Below the pieces are notes generated by a model. That model was not told the origin of the DNA, did no database searches, and was given only the letters and a program-made list of their open reading frames with translations. Source: Lingula anatina (Eukaryota > Animalia > Brachiopoda). Taken from it: a stretch of 64,000 nucleotides of DNA. Of the stretch, positions 27,301-38,742 are shown in pieces. The stretch covers positions 35,036,401 to 35,100,400 of the forward strand of contig CM120641.1 in NCBI GenBank assembly GCA_051362555.1, given 5' to 3'. Numbering within the stretch: position 1 is the stretch's first letter; each line of letters begins with the position of its first letter. Made by a program: the position numbers and the translations under genes.

Positions 27301-28626
27301 GCCTCAACCTTTGATTAAAATTTCACTTTAATGCATTATGATATTAAAATTATACCGAGGGAGAGAAAAAAATACTTAAAGAAATTTAAAACTAGTCACA
27401 AAGCTTAGGCACTGTCTCAATGTATATGTTTATGGGACCAAAGGGCAGGGGGGTCCAAACGTTTATGTATTAATATTATGCCCTTTGGCAGTGAGGACAG
27501 ACGTTCACTTGAATGTCATTTTCACAAACCACAGTTGGGACGTTTTCTGTTGACTTATCCTTGGTGATTTTTCACTGTGTTGTGCAAAAGAAAAGCCATC
27601 TATCACCGACTCAAAAAAAAACTCATGGCGACCATCCTCAGTCACCACCTTATAATCGCTTTCTATGATATCGTTCCCTCCCAGCACATCGTCCAAATAA
27701 CTACCTGTGAAAAAAATCGTCAGCATACAGCGCCGCTTTGACACTACTGATCTCGAATTCTAACGCGAAATAACGCATATAAAATCAATCTCCAAGCGGA
27801 GGAGAGCGACCCAGACGAAACCTTGAGACAGGAGGCCCCCCGTAGCTAGCTCCGCCCACCGTAACAGACATCGGACAATAGAGAGGCTTGCGTGTAATCT
27901 CCTTCTGTTATAACTCCTTGATTCAAGTCACCAGAATGCAAATGTTATAATTCTAATATTTCTCAAACCATGAGGTACAAATATCCCCCTTCCCCAATAT
28001 AAAAGATACACATAGAGAATTACAATAAAATTCCTGTGGCTCATTAGTCCTTCTCGTCGCAAATGTCTCTTGTCTTCTTCTATCCTTTCATAAACGCTAT
28101 TTAACTGGTTAATGTTACTGTCATACATCTTCACACGGTGCCCATGGTAAGCCATCTCACCTACGTAAATAAGGAAATGGTGTCAGAAAAACAAGTGACA
28201 GGGCTGAAAGCTGACAAAGTTAACAACAAAAATTAATTTGACAGTTTCTGACTAAGACATCACTTTTTAAGATACAAAAACACCTGGACAGCCTGTAAAA
28301 CCATGCATGATGAAGCAGTTTTAACTTAGAACGATTTTCGTGCTTTTTCCATCACTGAAAAACTTAATACTTGCTAAAATGCTTCCAGGTTTGCCCAAGT
28401 CTAAATATCACACAATTACAAAAGTATGGTAATATTCGCTGTCTAACTGTACCAGGTCACTAACAGGTAATTTCCATACTCATCTATTCAAGCTTTTTAA
28501 CACCGTAACATCGGGCAGTCGAGGTTTCGTGCTCGTTTATTAGCAAATTATTGTATCTTTCTTTAAAAACCTACCAGCAATTTTGACTCCCATGAGCCCG
28601 CAGCCGAGTACTGCGATTTTGACCAT
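21341..28626 (-). CDS. 3-hydroxyacyl-CoA dehydrogenase-like NAD-binding domain fused to a C-terminal C3HC4 RING finger (putative E3 ubiquitin ligase), 295 aa
   Basis: Eight GT-AG exons: 28575-28626, 28024-28160, 23630-23735, 23323-23417, 22971-23067, 22554-22652, 22181-22291, 21341-21531. They total 888 nt with consistent phases. The protein starts MVKIAVLGCGLMGVKIAGEMAYHGHRVKMYD (GxGxxG), contains DADFIFEAVVDDLKVKQDLF and IIASNT, and ends CAICMDHTRDCLLCPCHHMVTCQDCARLLLNRRDSCPICRKEITEVIKVYHS*. Confidence 0.9.
21625..21660 (+). mobile_element. Truncated end of the CAGGGGCGGAT MITE family
   Basis: CAGGGGCAGATCCAGAGATATTTTCTGACAG is nearly identical to one end of the copies at 59753-59919 and 63344-63512. 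Confidence 0.55.
21921..22152. mobile_element. Palindromic MITE, PIF/Harbinger-like (same family as 4545-4791)
   Basis: GACCACATTCCCATAGACACC.../...GGTGTCTATGGGAACAGGGTC, flanked by TTA/TCA. The interior aligns with the 4545 copy. Confidence 0.75.
24084..27920. mobile_element. Non-autonomous P-element-superfamily DNA transposon (3837 bp) in intron 2 of the Rossmann-RING gene
   Basis: Perfect 31-bp TIR CAAGGAGTTATAACAGAAGGAGATTACACGC (24084-24114 and 27890-27920) with an exact 7-bp TSD ATTCAAG (24077-24083, 27921-27927). No transposase ORF is visible. Confidence 0.85.
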
Positions 28627-29291
28627 GTCTACCGCATTAGTAACTTTCGTTAAGGTGTGTTTTCACGAACTAGAGTAGTCCATGGCCAAGGTGTCACTGC
28701 TAAGTAAAGCCGTAATTTATGATTATGGTTGCAAAATCGGTAACGAAGAGAAACACTGCTCATCGATACAACGTCCATCCATTGTGTTTTGTTGTCTCAA
28801 CTATCGCAACGGGAGCCTTCGCGCAGGTGTTAGAGCCAAGTCATTTCAAATGCTAAAACCTGTACAGTAAAGCTGGTCTTACAAAAATGTGCAGAATTTA
28901 AAAAATCAAAAACGCGTTGTACTGTATAAAGGACATGATCTTAAGCAAAAACTGACCTTTGTGGCAAACCGTCAATATTGAAAATACTCATCAGGTACCT
29001 CTCCCACCCAGTCTCCCACCGAGAAGATGAACACGTCGCGAGCGCGAACAGTTCTCAGTTGCACTTAAACTTCTAGCCAATCATAGTTAACGGGATGAAT
29101 ACCACTTGTACCGCAGACATGGGGAGAAAAAGTGACGAAAAAGAAACCCTGCACATTTTTATTTAACATAGTTGGTCACGAAAAACTATGTCAAATTTTG
29201 AAAATACATATTTTCTCTAGTTGGTTCTTGCAAGAACTTAAGGCGTAAGCAATCTTATTGGCGATTTTTGATATGTAGGCGCACCGTGCTG

Positions 29292-29512
29292 CAGGGGAGG
29301 ATCCAGGATTATTTGAAGGGGGGGGGGTCCGGTTTTTTCAAGAATCACAGACCTCGGATGTGAAGCCGACCCTTGCCCTTTAGCGGGCCCGAAAGAAATT
29401 GGTGTTTTGGAGGGCGAATGGTGCCATTTGGTAGGGTTACCAACTATAATTCAGCTAGTCAAAATTCTAATTTTTTTCAGAAACCCTACCATCCCCCCTC
29501 AATCCGCCACTG
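29292..29512. mobile_element. MITE with CAG...CTG termini and 5-bp TSD
   Basis: CAGGGGAGGATCC.../...ATCCGCCACTG, flanked by TGCTG on both sides (29287-29291, 29513-29517). Confidence 0.7.
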
Positions 29513-30452
29513 TGCTGTACAGCGTGCATATGCAAAATGGTCAATAGATGTGCTGACTCATGAATTTCGTAACGGGGTAACAAACATTTCTTTTACTATT
29601 TTAGTTGCTGGACTTAAAATCCAGAAATACAACTTAGTTCTTTGACCCCAAACCCCAAACTAACACACCGTCATTTAAAGGACAAAAAAATTTGCAGTCC
29701 AGTATAACGTAATATAAAATAAATGCGAAATTGATAAACACTGAACCAAACATTTATATATCCTCAAATAAGTTCAAGGCATTTATTTAATTTAAAAACA
29801 GCTGTACAGAAATTAACAAATCATATATAAAAGGGAAAAGAAACTTTTTCTTTAATTTACACTTGAGTAATACTTGCATTTTAATCACAGATAAGAATAC
29901 CCTTTATTTGGTCTTAGTCAGCTCACAGGATTTTTCTTTGTGTTAAATATTCCCATTGTCTTTTACAAAAGCCTTTGGTGAACAATAGTGTGAATTAAGT
30001 AAGTTGCCTAGGAGTTGTTTCAGAGGGAATTATTTGTCTTCAATCCCATGAACAATTTGTTCTACCAAGGTAATGTCTAAAGCCCAAATTTTAAGGTTTA
30101 AATATGTAAAATGTATATGGCTACCTGGTAGGTTTGGCTTTTATCTTTCCACAATTTCAATTCCAAACAAAGTCAGATTTTATGGAGAAACTCTTATATA
30201 ATAATAGCTTTGGAATCTTATATCAAACATCTTTTAGAGAATCCTCTATAAACATAGCATACTTCTCTGGGCATGCCCTTGACCTTGAAAATTACATACA
30301 CTGAGATAGTGTAAAACAGTTCACAATTCAATAAATATGACCTCAGACTATTTTGCTCTTTGGTTGACTTCATGATTATCTTGACTATTCCAAAACCGGG
30401 CATTAATATAATGCACAGCAGCATCATTTAGCAAATTAGAAATAATTTCACA

Positions 30453-33400
30453 TCATGATTTAACAAGGATTGTATCTCCATCTTCTATTGAGAAATAAGA
30501 CAGTTCTTTCAAATCATCATCAAAATCATATTCTGTGCCTTGTGCCTGAAAAGACGACGATATTTATTTTAAGTTTACATAACTTGAGAAACATTATATT
30601 TTTCAAACTTCAAAAACATACTTAAATGTTTTGCTTACTTCAATTTTTCTTTTCTAAACTTGCCCTTTTTATTAGTTTCAACTAAAAAAAGTTAAAGAAC
30701 TTACTTTTTGGCTTGTGTATACCAATTTAAAGTCTAAATCCCCCATCTTATACAACCGTTGTATAAGAGGCTTCAGTTTTTGAATTTTCATTGTTCCTGC
30801 AATAAAAAAATTCCAGTGCATTTGAATGTTAATCAATCTCATTTCCTTTTCAATCAATGGGAACATAAATTAGGTGCATGTGACACAATAAATAAAACCA
30901 AAATATAATCATGTGCACAGGTTAAAAGTATGTAACTCGAGGCCCAGTCTAACAAATTTTTTTTCAGCAAAAATAGTTTAGAAGGTAATGTGCTGAACTT
31001 GGAATAGCTTACTTGGTAACCTCTTCTTGATACTTGGTTTTTCTGGGAAGTTTGGATTTTTTATTTCAACAGCTGCAGCAGATGCTAAGGAAAAATAGGG
31101 TTCAGAATTTTCGAGTCCAATATTTTCCTTCTTTTCCTAACAAGTGCTGCTCAACCTTTAACTACTGACTTGTAACCACTCACACTTATTTCTTTAAAAT
31201 CATAGTTTCAGCTACAAAAGAAATATATTTTATGCAGGATATCTAACTTTGATTTGATAACTTAAGGATACATAGTAGGTCATGTTTCAATGCACCCATA
31301 TTTTGCTTTTGCATTTCAGAATCTTCTGGGGGACCATATTCTGAAAAAAAAAAAAAAAAAGCAGGAATTATCCCATAGAGCCCCATGTCTCATGACTAAG
31401 CATAAAATCAAGCAAGATTCTTAATGATAATCTAAAGTTCTTGGATTACGTTCTACAGCATAACACTAAAAATCCACAATGTTTTTGGTGTCCCTTTTGT
31501 ACACTGTATAAAGTTTCAGCTTTATTGCTAAATGGTTAACCCCAACTCACACTATTTACACTGTTTTTACTATTTTGATGTCACACAATGCAGGCAGCAT
31601 TATTAGGATAGCTTAGATGATTTCCATTGTATGTGCAAATAACTTTCGCAACTCATTAAAGGTAGCAATAATTTATAATTAGTAATATATTTTGTCAAAT
31701 ATTAAAACATTCACGTCTGTGAAGTGATTTCATTTTTCATTTTATATCACAAACCTGATAAAAAATAAAAAGCATATACTATTAAAAGCCTTTCTTAATC
31801 TCTGCAGTAAAGAACCCCCTGACAAACTAGAGGATCAGAGAGGCGATACCGCCTCCGAATATTGTACCACCAGCTGGAGCAAGCGCATTCGTATAGACCC
31901 CCACATACACAAAATAAGGGACACAGCCACCAGTTTTGTGCTTGACAAGCTGTAAAAATGCAATCAACAAGAATTTTTAAACTATTGCAAAAAATATATA
32001 TATGGTACAATCAAATATAAGTTCTTTGTAAGATAGGTCAAGGGTCAATTTCAAGGTCACAGTAAATTGCCAGTATATGACTTCCTATTCAAGTTCAAGA
32101 GTAACTATGGACCTATCTCTGTCAAGTTTGAAGTTAAAAGAGAAAGAAATTAGCAGAGTTCACTTCATGATAAAAAGTAGGTCAAAGGTCAATTTCAAGG
32201 TCACATTTAGATTGCCAGTATATGACTTCCTATTCAAGTTCAATAGTAACTATGGACCTATCTCTGCTAGGTTTGGAGTTAAAAGAGAAAGAAATTAGCA
32301 GAGTTCAGTTCATGGTGAAAAGTAGGTCAAAGGTCAATTTTAAGGTCACATTAAGATTGCCAGTATATGACTTCCTATTCAAGTTCAATAGTAACTATGG
32401 ACCTATCTCTGCCAGTTTTGGAGATAAAAGGGAAGCAAAATTTGCGAAGTTCAGTTCATGGTGAAAAGTAGGTCAAAGGTCAATTTTAAGGTCACATTTA
32501 GATTGCCAGTATATGACTTCCTATTCAAGTTCAATAGTAACTACGGACCTATCTCAGCCAGTTTTGGAGATAAAAGGAAAGCAAAATTTGCAAAATTCAG
32601 TTCAAGTTCAATAGTCAAAGGTCAATTTTAAGGTCACATTTAAATTGCCAGTATATGACTTCCTATTCAAGTTCAATAGTAACTATGGACCTATCTCTGC
32701 CAGTTTTGGAGATAAAAGGGAAGCAAAATTTGCAAAGTTCAGTTCATGGTGAAAAGTAGGTCAAAGGTCAAGTTCAAGGTCACAGTAAGATTGCCAGTAT
32801 ATGACTTCCTATTCAACTTCAATAGTAACTATGGACCTATCTCTGCCAGTTTTGGAGATAAAAGGGAAGCAAAATTTGCAAAGTTCAGTTCATGGTGAAA
32901 AGTAGGTCAAAGGTCAATTTCAAGGTCACAGTAAGATTGCCAGTATATGACTTCCTATTCAACTTCAATAGTAACTATGGACCTATCTCTGCCAGTTTTG
33001 GAGATAAAAGGGAAGCAAAATCTGCAGAGTTCAGTTCATGGTGAAAAGTAGGTCAAAGGTCAATTTCAAGGTCACAGTGAGATTGCCAGTATATGACTTC
33101 CTATTCAACTTCAATAGTAACTATGGACCTATCTCTGCCAGTTTTGGAGATATAAGGGACTAAATGTTATAATTTTGGAGTTACCATAATGTGCCTTAAA
33201 TTTCGTACAGAAAAAATTAATTTAAATAAAGAAAATGTCATTTTGGTCAAAATTCTTGAAATAGGAGGTGCTCTGAAGTTTCAGAAGTTCAAATTTGATG
33301 AAATAATGTCATTTTTGAACACAAGTTGTCTGCTTTGCCAAGCCTTATGTTTTATTTTTCCAGAGTTCAAAATTTATTATCCATTACCGTACTGCACAAT

Positions 33401-36400
33401 TTGCTTTTACCACCAATATGTACTTTTTGATACAGCGTAACTCGAAAACCGTATGGAATACAAAAAAACCGAGACCACCTCCAGTGTTGGGCTTTACATG
33501 CTCTACAAAATGCAAAAAAGAATGGGTCTCTAGCATTAACGGTTCCCGAATTAGAGACAGTTTTCAGTTTCGGTATCTTATGGCCGCTACTCCCGTGAAA
33601 ATGCACCGATTGACCCCAAATTCATGGAGATGAAAGATGACCTGAAGGGTAACACTTTCCAATAATATTATTGGTTAAGTCTGTGTAGTGTCTGAATAAC
33701 AGGGCAAAAAAAATTTTTTTCGTAAAAAATTTCATTTTTTTGAAAATTTTGACCCATTTGACCTTGAAGTAAAGGTCAAAGGTCAAATCCAAGGGTATAT
33801 TTGAAATCTACACATATGACTTTTGAAAAGCCGTCTATAGAAATTTTACCCATAACTCCTTCCGTAGGGTAGATAATTAGCATTTAATTTTGCCATTTTT
33901 AGACAAGGGTGCATTGTAATGAATGCCACACCCAGACCCCAATACCGACAAAGCCCAAATTTTACGTGGAACGAGTTGAGATTATAGGTGACCTAAATCC
34001 ATGAGATGGGTACGGGGGCCCTTACCGTCTAGGAGGAGAAGCGGTAACGGTAGCCGTCTGGCGGAGCCGGCGGAACGATCCGGACGGGACCGAAACCATG
34101 TGTACCGCCAGCGCTAACGCTGGTGGTACAATTAATAATGTCAAGCTTATTCCAGATTCTTACTGGCAACAAATTCCTGGTATCTTGGGTGTTTACAGAG
34201 GAATTCCTGGAGAGGTTTATTTTTGTCAGGATCTTGATGTCCACCCGCCTGGCGCCACTCCTGACCATGAATCTTAAGATAATCTATCTCAGCACCACGC
34301 CTCTCACCTTCCTCTACCTAATATTTGGTAAAAATGATACATCACCCATTATCTATTCAATTAAATGATTTTACTGCTTGGCAAAGATATTTCTTTTAAA
34401 TTCCGTTTCAGCTGCAGATACGACTAAGGGTATTAAAATGCTAAATTATATGACATAAAAAAATGAAAACATTTCTTTAAAATGTAATTATCAAAATATT
34501 TTCCAAGTCATATTTTTTTAAATATCTATAAATCACTGGTTTCAATATCTTAATTAAATCTGATAATTTTCATATGTAGAATGGTGGTAACAAAGCAAAA
34601 TAAAACACAACTTACCACAGTTCTATTACACATTTTTAATCCCTTTATTCTAGCAACAATGTTTTCCCTAACTTGTTCTATAGTGCCAGTCTCCATTATT
34701 GGATTTCTCTTGATAAGAATGTCCTCCAATACTGAGAGTTTATTCAACTCATTGAAGGAAGACCACTGAAACAAAAAAATTTAAATACTCACTGAAAACA
34801 AGATAAGTTCCTTGGAAGCTTGATAACCACCTGAAGATCATTCAGAAACAAAATCTTGTAAGAAAAGAAAAAACAATTTCCACTATTAATGATAATTAGA
34901 GAAAGGGTCTTAATGCATAAACATAGAAGATTTAATACGATAAAAATACCTCAAATAGACTGAAACAAGATAAGATATGAAAAGATATTTTGTAATCTGT
35001 CGTGATCTGTAATTAACTTATAGTTAATTGTGTGTGAGGAATAAATAGTAAAATCTTAACCTCATGTATCCTGTTATCATTCAAAGACAAACATTTCAGT
35101 GCTGGAAAATAGTGAGTGGTTTCTCCAGGCTGGACATCATTGAAAAAAATATTCACCAGTCCAGTTTTATTGAGATGCAGTGTTTCTAATCTACAATGTA
35201 AAAAATCATGGAAATATAACTACAGTACAAAAATGAAAGAAATTGATTAAATTGTTACCTGACAAAATCATACTTAAACAATCATTATGTGACACTGACA
35301 TTTTTAGGATTTTTTATTTTGCGAAAAATATTCATAAGGAACTTTCTATTATACCTAACCTTTTCAATGTTCCCAGCTGCAACACACTGCCCCAGCTATC
35401 TAACTGGTTTCCCTCTAAATCTATAAGTGTTAAGTTATGTAACTGTGGTGGTGGAAGCTCTGAGATGGTACAGATGTTGTTATAGCAAATCAAAATTTCT
35501 TGGATATCTGGCCACATTTTGGAAAAGTCCAGAACCTTTCATGTGAAATGAAAATTAAACAAAAAATATCTATATAATTAAATAAAATTTTACAGTGACA
35601 TAAGTAACATATTGTAGGGACTCAAAATCTAAACAATAACATAATACTCATATTTTTCTCATTTTCCAATATCTTTTTTTAATTATTTGTATAAATATGC
35701 TACAATCTGTATGTAGAATGTATTAATTATGAAAGAATACTCACCTGTCTCCAACATAACTGCATCCTGTTCAATATAATGGTTTTCAAGCACAAAAATG
35801 CTGAACACAAACCAGTTGGATTGTTTGGAAATCTTAGTTGATTTTCACTGTAAAAAGGAATCATCCATTAATTTTTAGTAAGTATTGCCTTGACGAAGAA
35901 GAGATCCAAGACACTTTATTTTATCACCCTGCATAAAATTCTCATTTACCTTATCACTTTCAAATGCTTTGAAAAATCAAAATGTTAATGAATAAAATAA
36001 CTCATTAAACTTGTTAACAAATAAAATTCTAACAACAAAGGTTTTAAAACCAACCTTAAATTCAATATCTCAAGTTTCTTTAACTGAACTGCTATTTTTG
36101 CAACTTCCTCCCATGATGGGATCAAATTTTGGGATATGTCTAATTCTTCAACATTTGGGCAAGTATTTTCTAATGCTGATTCAGGTCCTGCACCAAAGAT
36201 TTTCATATCCTTTAGAAGAAGGGACTTTAGTTGGTCAAACTGACTGAAATGATAAATCTGCATTTCAAAAAGATGAAATTATTAATATTAGATTTACATT
36301 CAAATAATTCTATTCTAAACGAATGCCAAATTTCCTCTTTCAACACTTTACATTTATATTTTTAAAGCAACATCACCACCCAGTGTTAACAGCAGCTGCT

Positions 36401-37495
36401 TAAACAATATCAAGTTATACTTTTTGGCATATTCAATTACTATTGGTCTTATTTCTGTAAAGATCCCAGTTAAATATGCCTTATTCTCACCTCTGCTGAA
36501 TATTGACCTTCCTTGCTCCCACCACTTCCACCACCGTTTGCTTTCCTTTCCCCTGCACATACATCTCCTCTAGGATAACCCCTGCATGTTCATCCTCCAC
36601 GATCCCATACCTCTCAGACAGAGCCGCATACATACTTATACCAAAGTCTGCTTTCTTAGGCCTGAGAAAAGACCCAGAAGTTGGATATCTGCAAATAAAG
36701 GATGGGTTTGGTTTCAAATATGTTTTTTCTCTTCAAGGTGTATACAGGGAATCACACTGTTGCTGAGTTGGTTGTAATTTAATGACTGCAAAGAGTTACA
36801 TCTATGTCAGACTCATAAAACTAAGTATACTTTTTTTGTCACTAAATTCGAATCTATACAGGAGCTCCATTCATAACCAATATCAGATCTACGTTGTGAT
36901 TACCGTTTTGGCAACCAAGTAGCATTCATTTCTGATGCATGGAAACAACTGATACACCAATTTCAACTTGTCGATCACAAACAAATATTTAGATATCATA
37001 CCTGGCTGTGAAATATCTCCTCCCTTCATGGGAACCATCATGTTTCCCTCTGGTTGCATCATCCCAATCTACACCCAACCAGACACCTGTAAAACAATTC
37101 ATGCTTAGTATTGTTTTTGCCTTTTTCATTTAAATTTCTTGTTCAACTTTATTGCTATATACATTAACAAACTGATGATGAAACATTTGACTTTGATCTC
37201 CATCAATTATAATTTGTTTATAAAATGGAAAAGATCACACCAATCTGTTCGAATTAGTGCATATTTACTGTTAGCCTTTAAAACATGTCAAAAATCTAAA
37301 CAGAGTGTTAAGTCCATCAAATCTTATAAAATTAGCCTTAAGGTCTCTGTGGTATTACTGTACAACCATGTCATGATCGAGTTTACCTTTGGTTGGTGGG
37401 ACTTCACCAATATACATAACAGTACCAAAGTACCCATCACTGTAAAACCTGCTCCCAACTGTCACATTATCCAGGCTGGGCTCCACTTCTCCCAT
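30453..37495 (-). CDS. TBCE: Tubulin-specific chaperone E (CAP-Gly, LRR and ubiquitin-like domains)
   Basis: Exons approximately 37387-37495, 37002-37086, 36491-36688, 36054-36245, 35744-35847, 35355-35535, 35061-35190, 34615-34766, 34163-34317, 31272-31340, 31013-31072, 30704-30796, 30453-30545. Motifs: [20 protein letters not shown] (CAP-Gly), SGSFLRP, LRRs, [11 protein letters not shown], and a UBL end [16 protein letters not shown]. Confidence 0.93.
31824..34135 (+). mobile_element. Non-autonomous Helentron/HINE-like element with internal tandem array, in a TBCE intron
   Basis: AACTAGAGG start, 5' hairpin GAGGCG-ATAC-CGCCTC, 14-bp subterminal inverted repeat ATTGTACCACCAGC (31861-31874) / GCTGGTGGTACAAT (34119-34132), and a 3' hairpin TGTACCGCCAGCG..CGCTGGTGGTACA preceded by a CGGACGG motif. 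Confidence 0.7.
32030..33160 (+). repeat. Tandem array of about 7.7 copies of a 142-146-bp unit
   Basis: Unit marker GGTCAAAGGTCAA (degenerate in two units) recurs at 32036, 32180, 32325, 32471, 32613, 32759, 32905 and 33051. Confidence 0.95.
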
Positions 37496-38128
37496 ACTGT
37501 TTGTTCACTGTAGACCTTGAGTATTAGAATGAAACGTAGATCAAGCTTTAGTTTTAATGAAAAATATTACTCTTATCAGTTATGATGTATTTTTTTTCTT
37601 TTTTGTCTCTGACTCTTACATATATTTACGCTTCATACTGTTTACACCTTTTGAGCAACAATTGCCAGACAAATTCTGGATATCCTCCCAGACCACCTCA
37701 AACAATCAGAGCTAGCTTTCTGACTAGGATGAACACAAAATATCAACAGAATAATATTCAAAAGCAAGGTTGAGAATGGCACCTATAAAGCTGTGTCCTG
37801 GTCACCATACAGCCAAGCCTACTATTACTAGTAAGTTAAGAGTGGATGAAATGTTCCCAAACTGATTCAATCTCTGTATGCAAAATTAAACATAACAAAG
37901 CATAATATAAGTGAGTTCAAATGAACAATGCTACTAATCAATTGTATTTACATATATGTAGATGGAAAATATTTTAGTCATAACTCATATCACATAAAAA
38001 CAAAATTTGTATCACTGCTTGTACACAACAATCAACATCAATTGTAAATTGTGACAAGGAAGGAGTTACAACTGTTGTAACTCCTTGGTATATTCCTTAA
38101 AATAAGCTAGTCTTTTCATTTCTCTTAC

Positions 38129-38742
38129 CGCAAACTACCCAGATCCAACACACCAAACAAAAGAACGCTGCGTCAATGTATTCTGGGCAACTCTCCGAGT
38201 GAGCTCCTTCACTTCACTGCTTCAGTGTTGTCAAGTAACTTGTATCGCCTGCTAATGTTAGAAATGCTACAGCTGTGTGCTACACTATCGCCTTTTGGTA
38301 CTTTTCAACATGACTCATGGTGCAAATTTAAACCTGATGCAGTCAACTGAACTAGTTTAAGCCAAACATAGGTATCGATCGAAATTTTATCAAAATATGA
38401 ATTATCTTATGTTGCTACTAATAAATTGGTGAAGAAAAATTGCTACAGCACAAATCCACATAAGTTTTTTGAACAGGTGATTGTGAAGCTCTGAGTGCGC
38501 ACTCGTTTACTGCGCAGAAAATTACGACAAAAACTTCCGGCTGCAAAATATTTACGCTGTCGCACGTTAGGTGTTCACTTGCTCAGTTTTGGAGTTTAAA
38601 ACACATAAAATAACCTCTATTATAACCCATCATAATGCAAAAACCCTGCTCAAAATCGGTTAAGTAATTTCTAACAATTTTATAAAATTCTGGCTTGAGC
38701 AGGTACGTCTCTCGACTGCAGCTAGCCATCTCTGGTGGGACG
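38129..38742. promoter_or_regulatory. Probable bidirectional promoter shared by TBCE and RAB3GAP1
   Basis: Divergent genes. A minus-strand donor (g|gtaag) near 38128 suggests a non-coding TBCE first exon. The region is CpG-enriched, with an ETS motif ACTTCCGG (~38533) and NRF1-like TGCGCA (~38496, ~38511). Confidence 0.55.

Noticed and set aside
27505-27744. 79-aa ORF inside the P-like element as a THAP or transposase exon
   Set aside because: No C2CH THAP signature and no transposase motifs.
32030-33160. Regularly spaced repeats as a CRISPR array, and ORFs 32077-32298 and 32222-32464 as genes
   Set aside because: Whole units repeat with no unique spacers, the context is eukaryotic, and the ORFs are by-products of the tandem unit.
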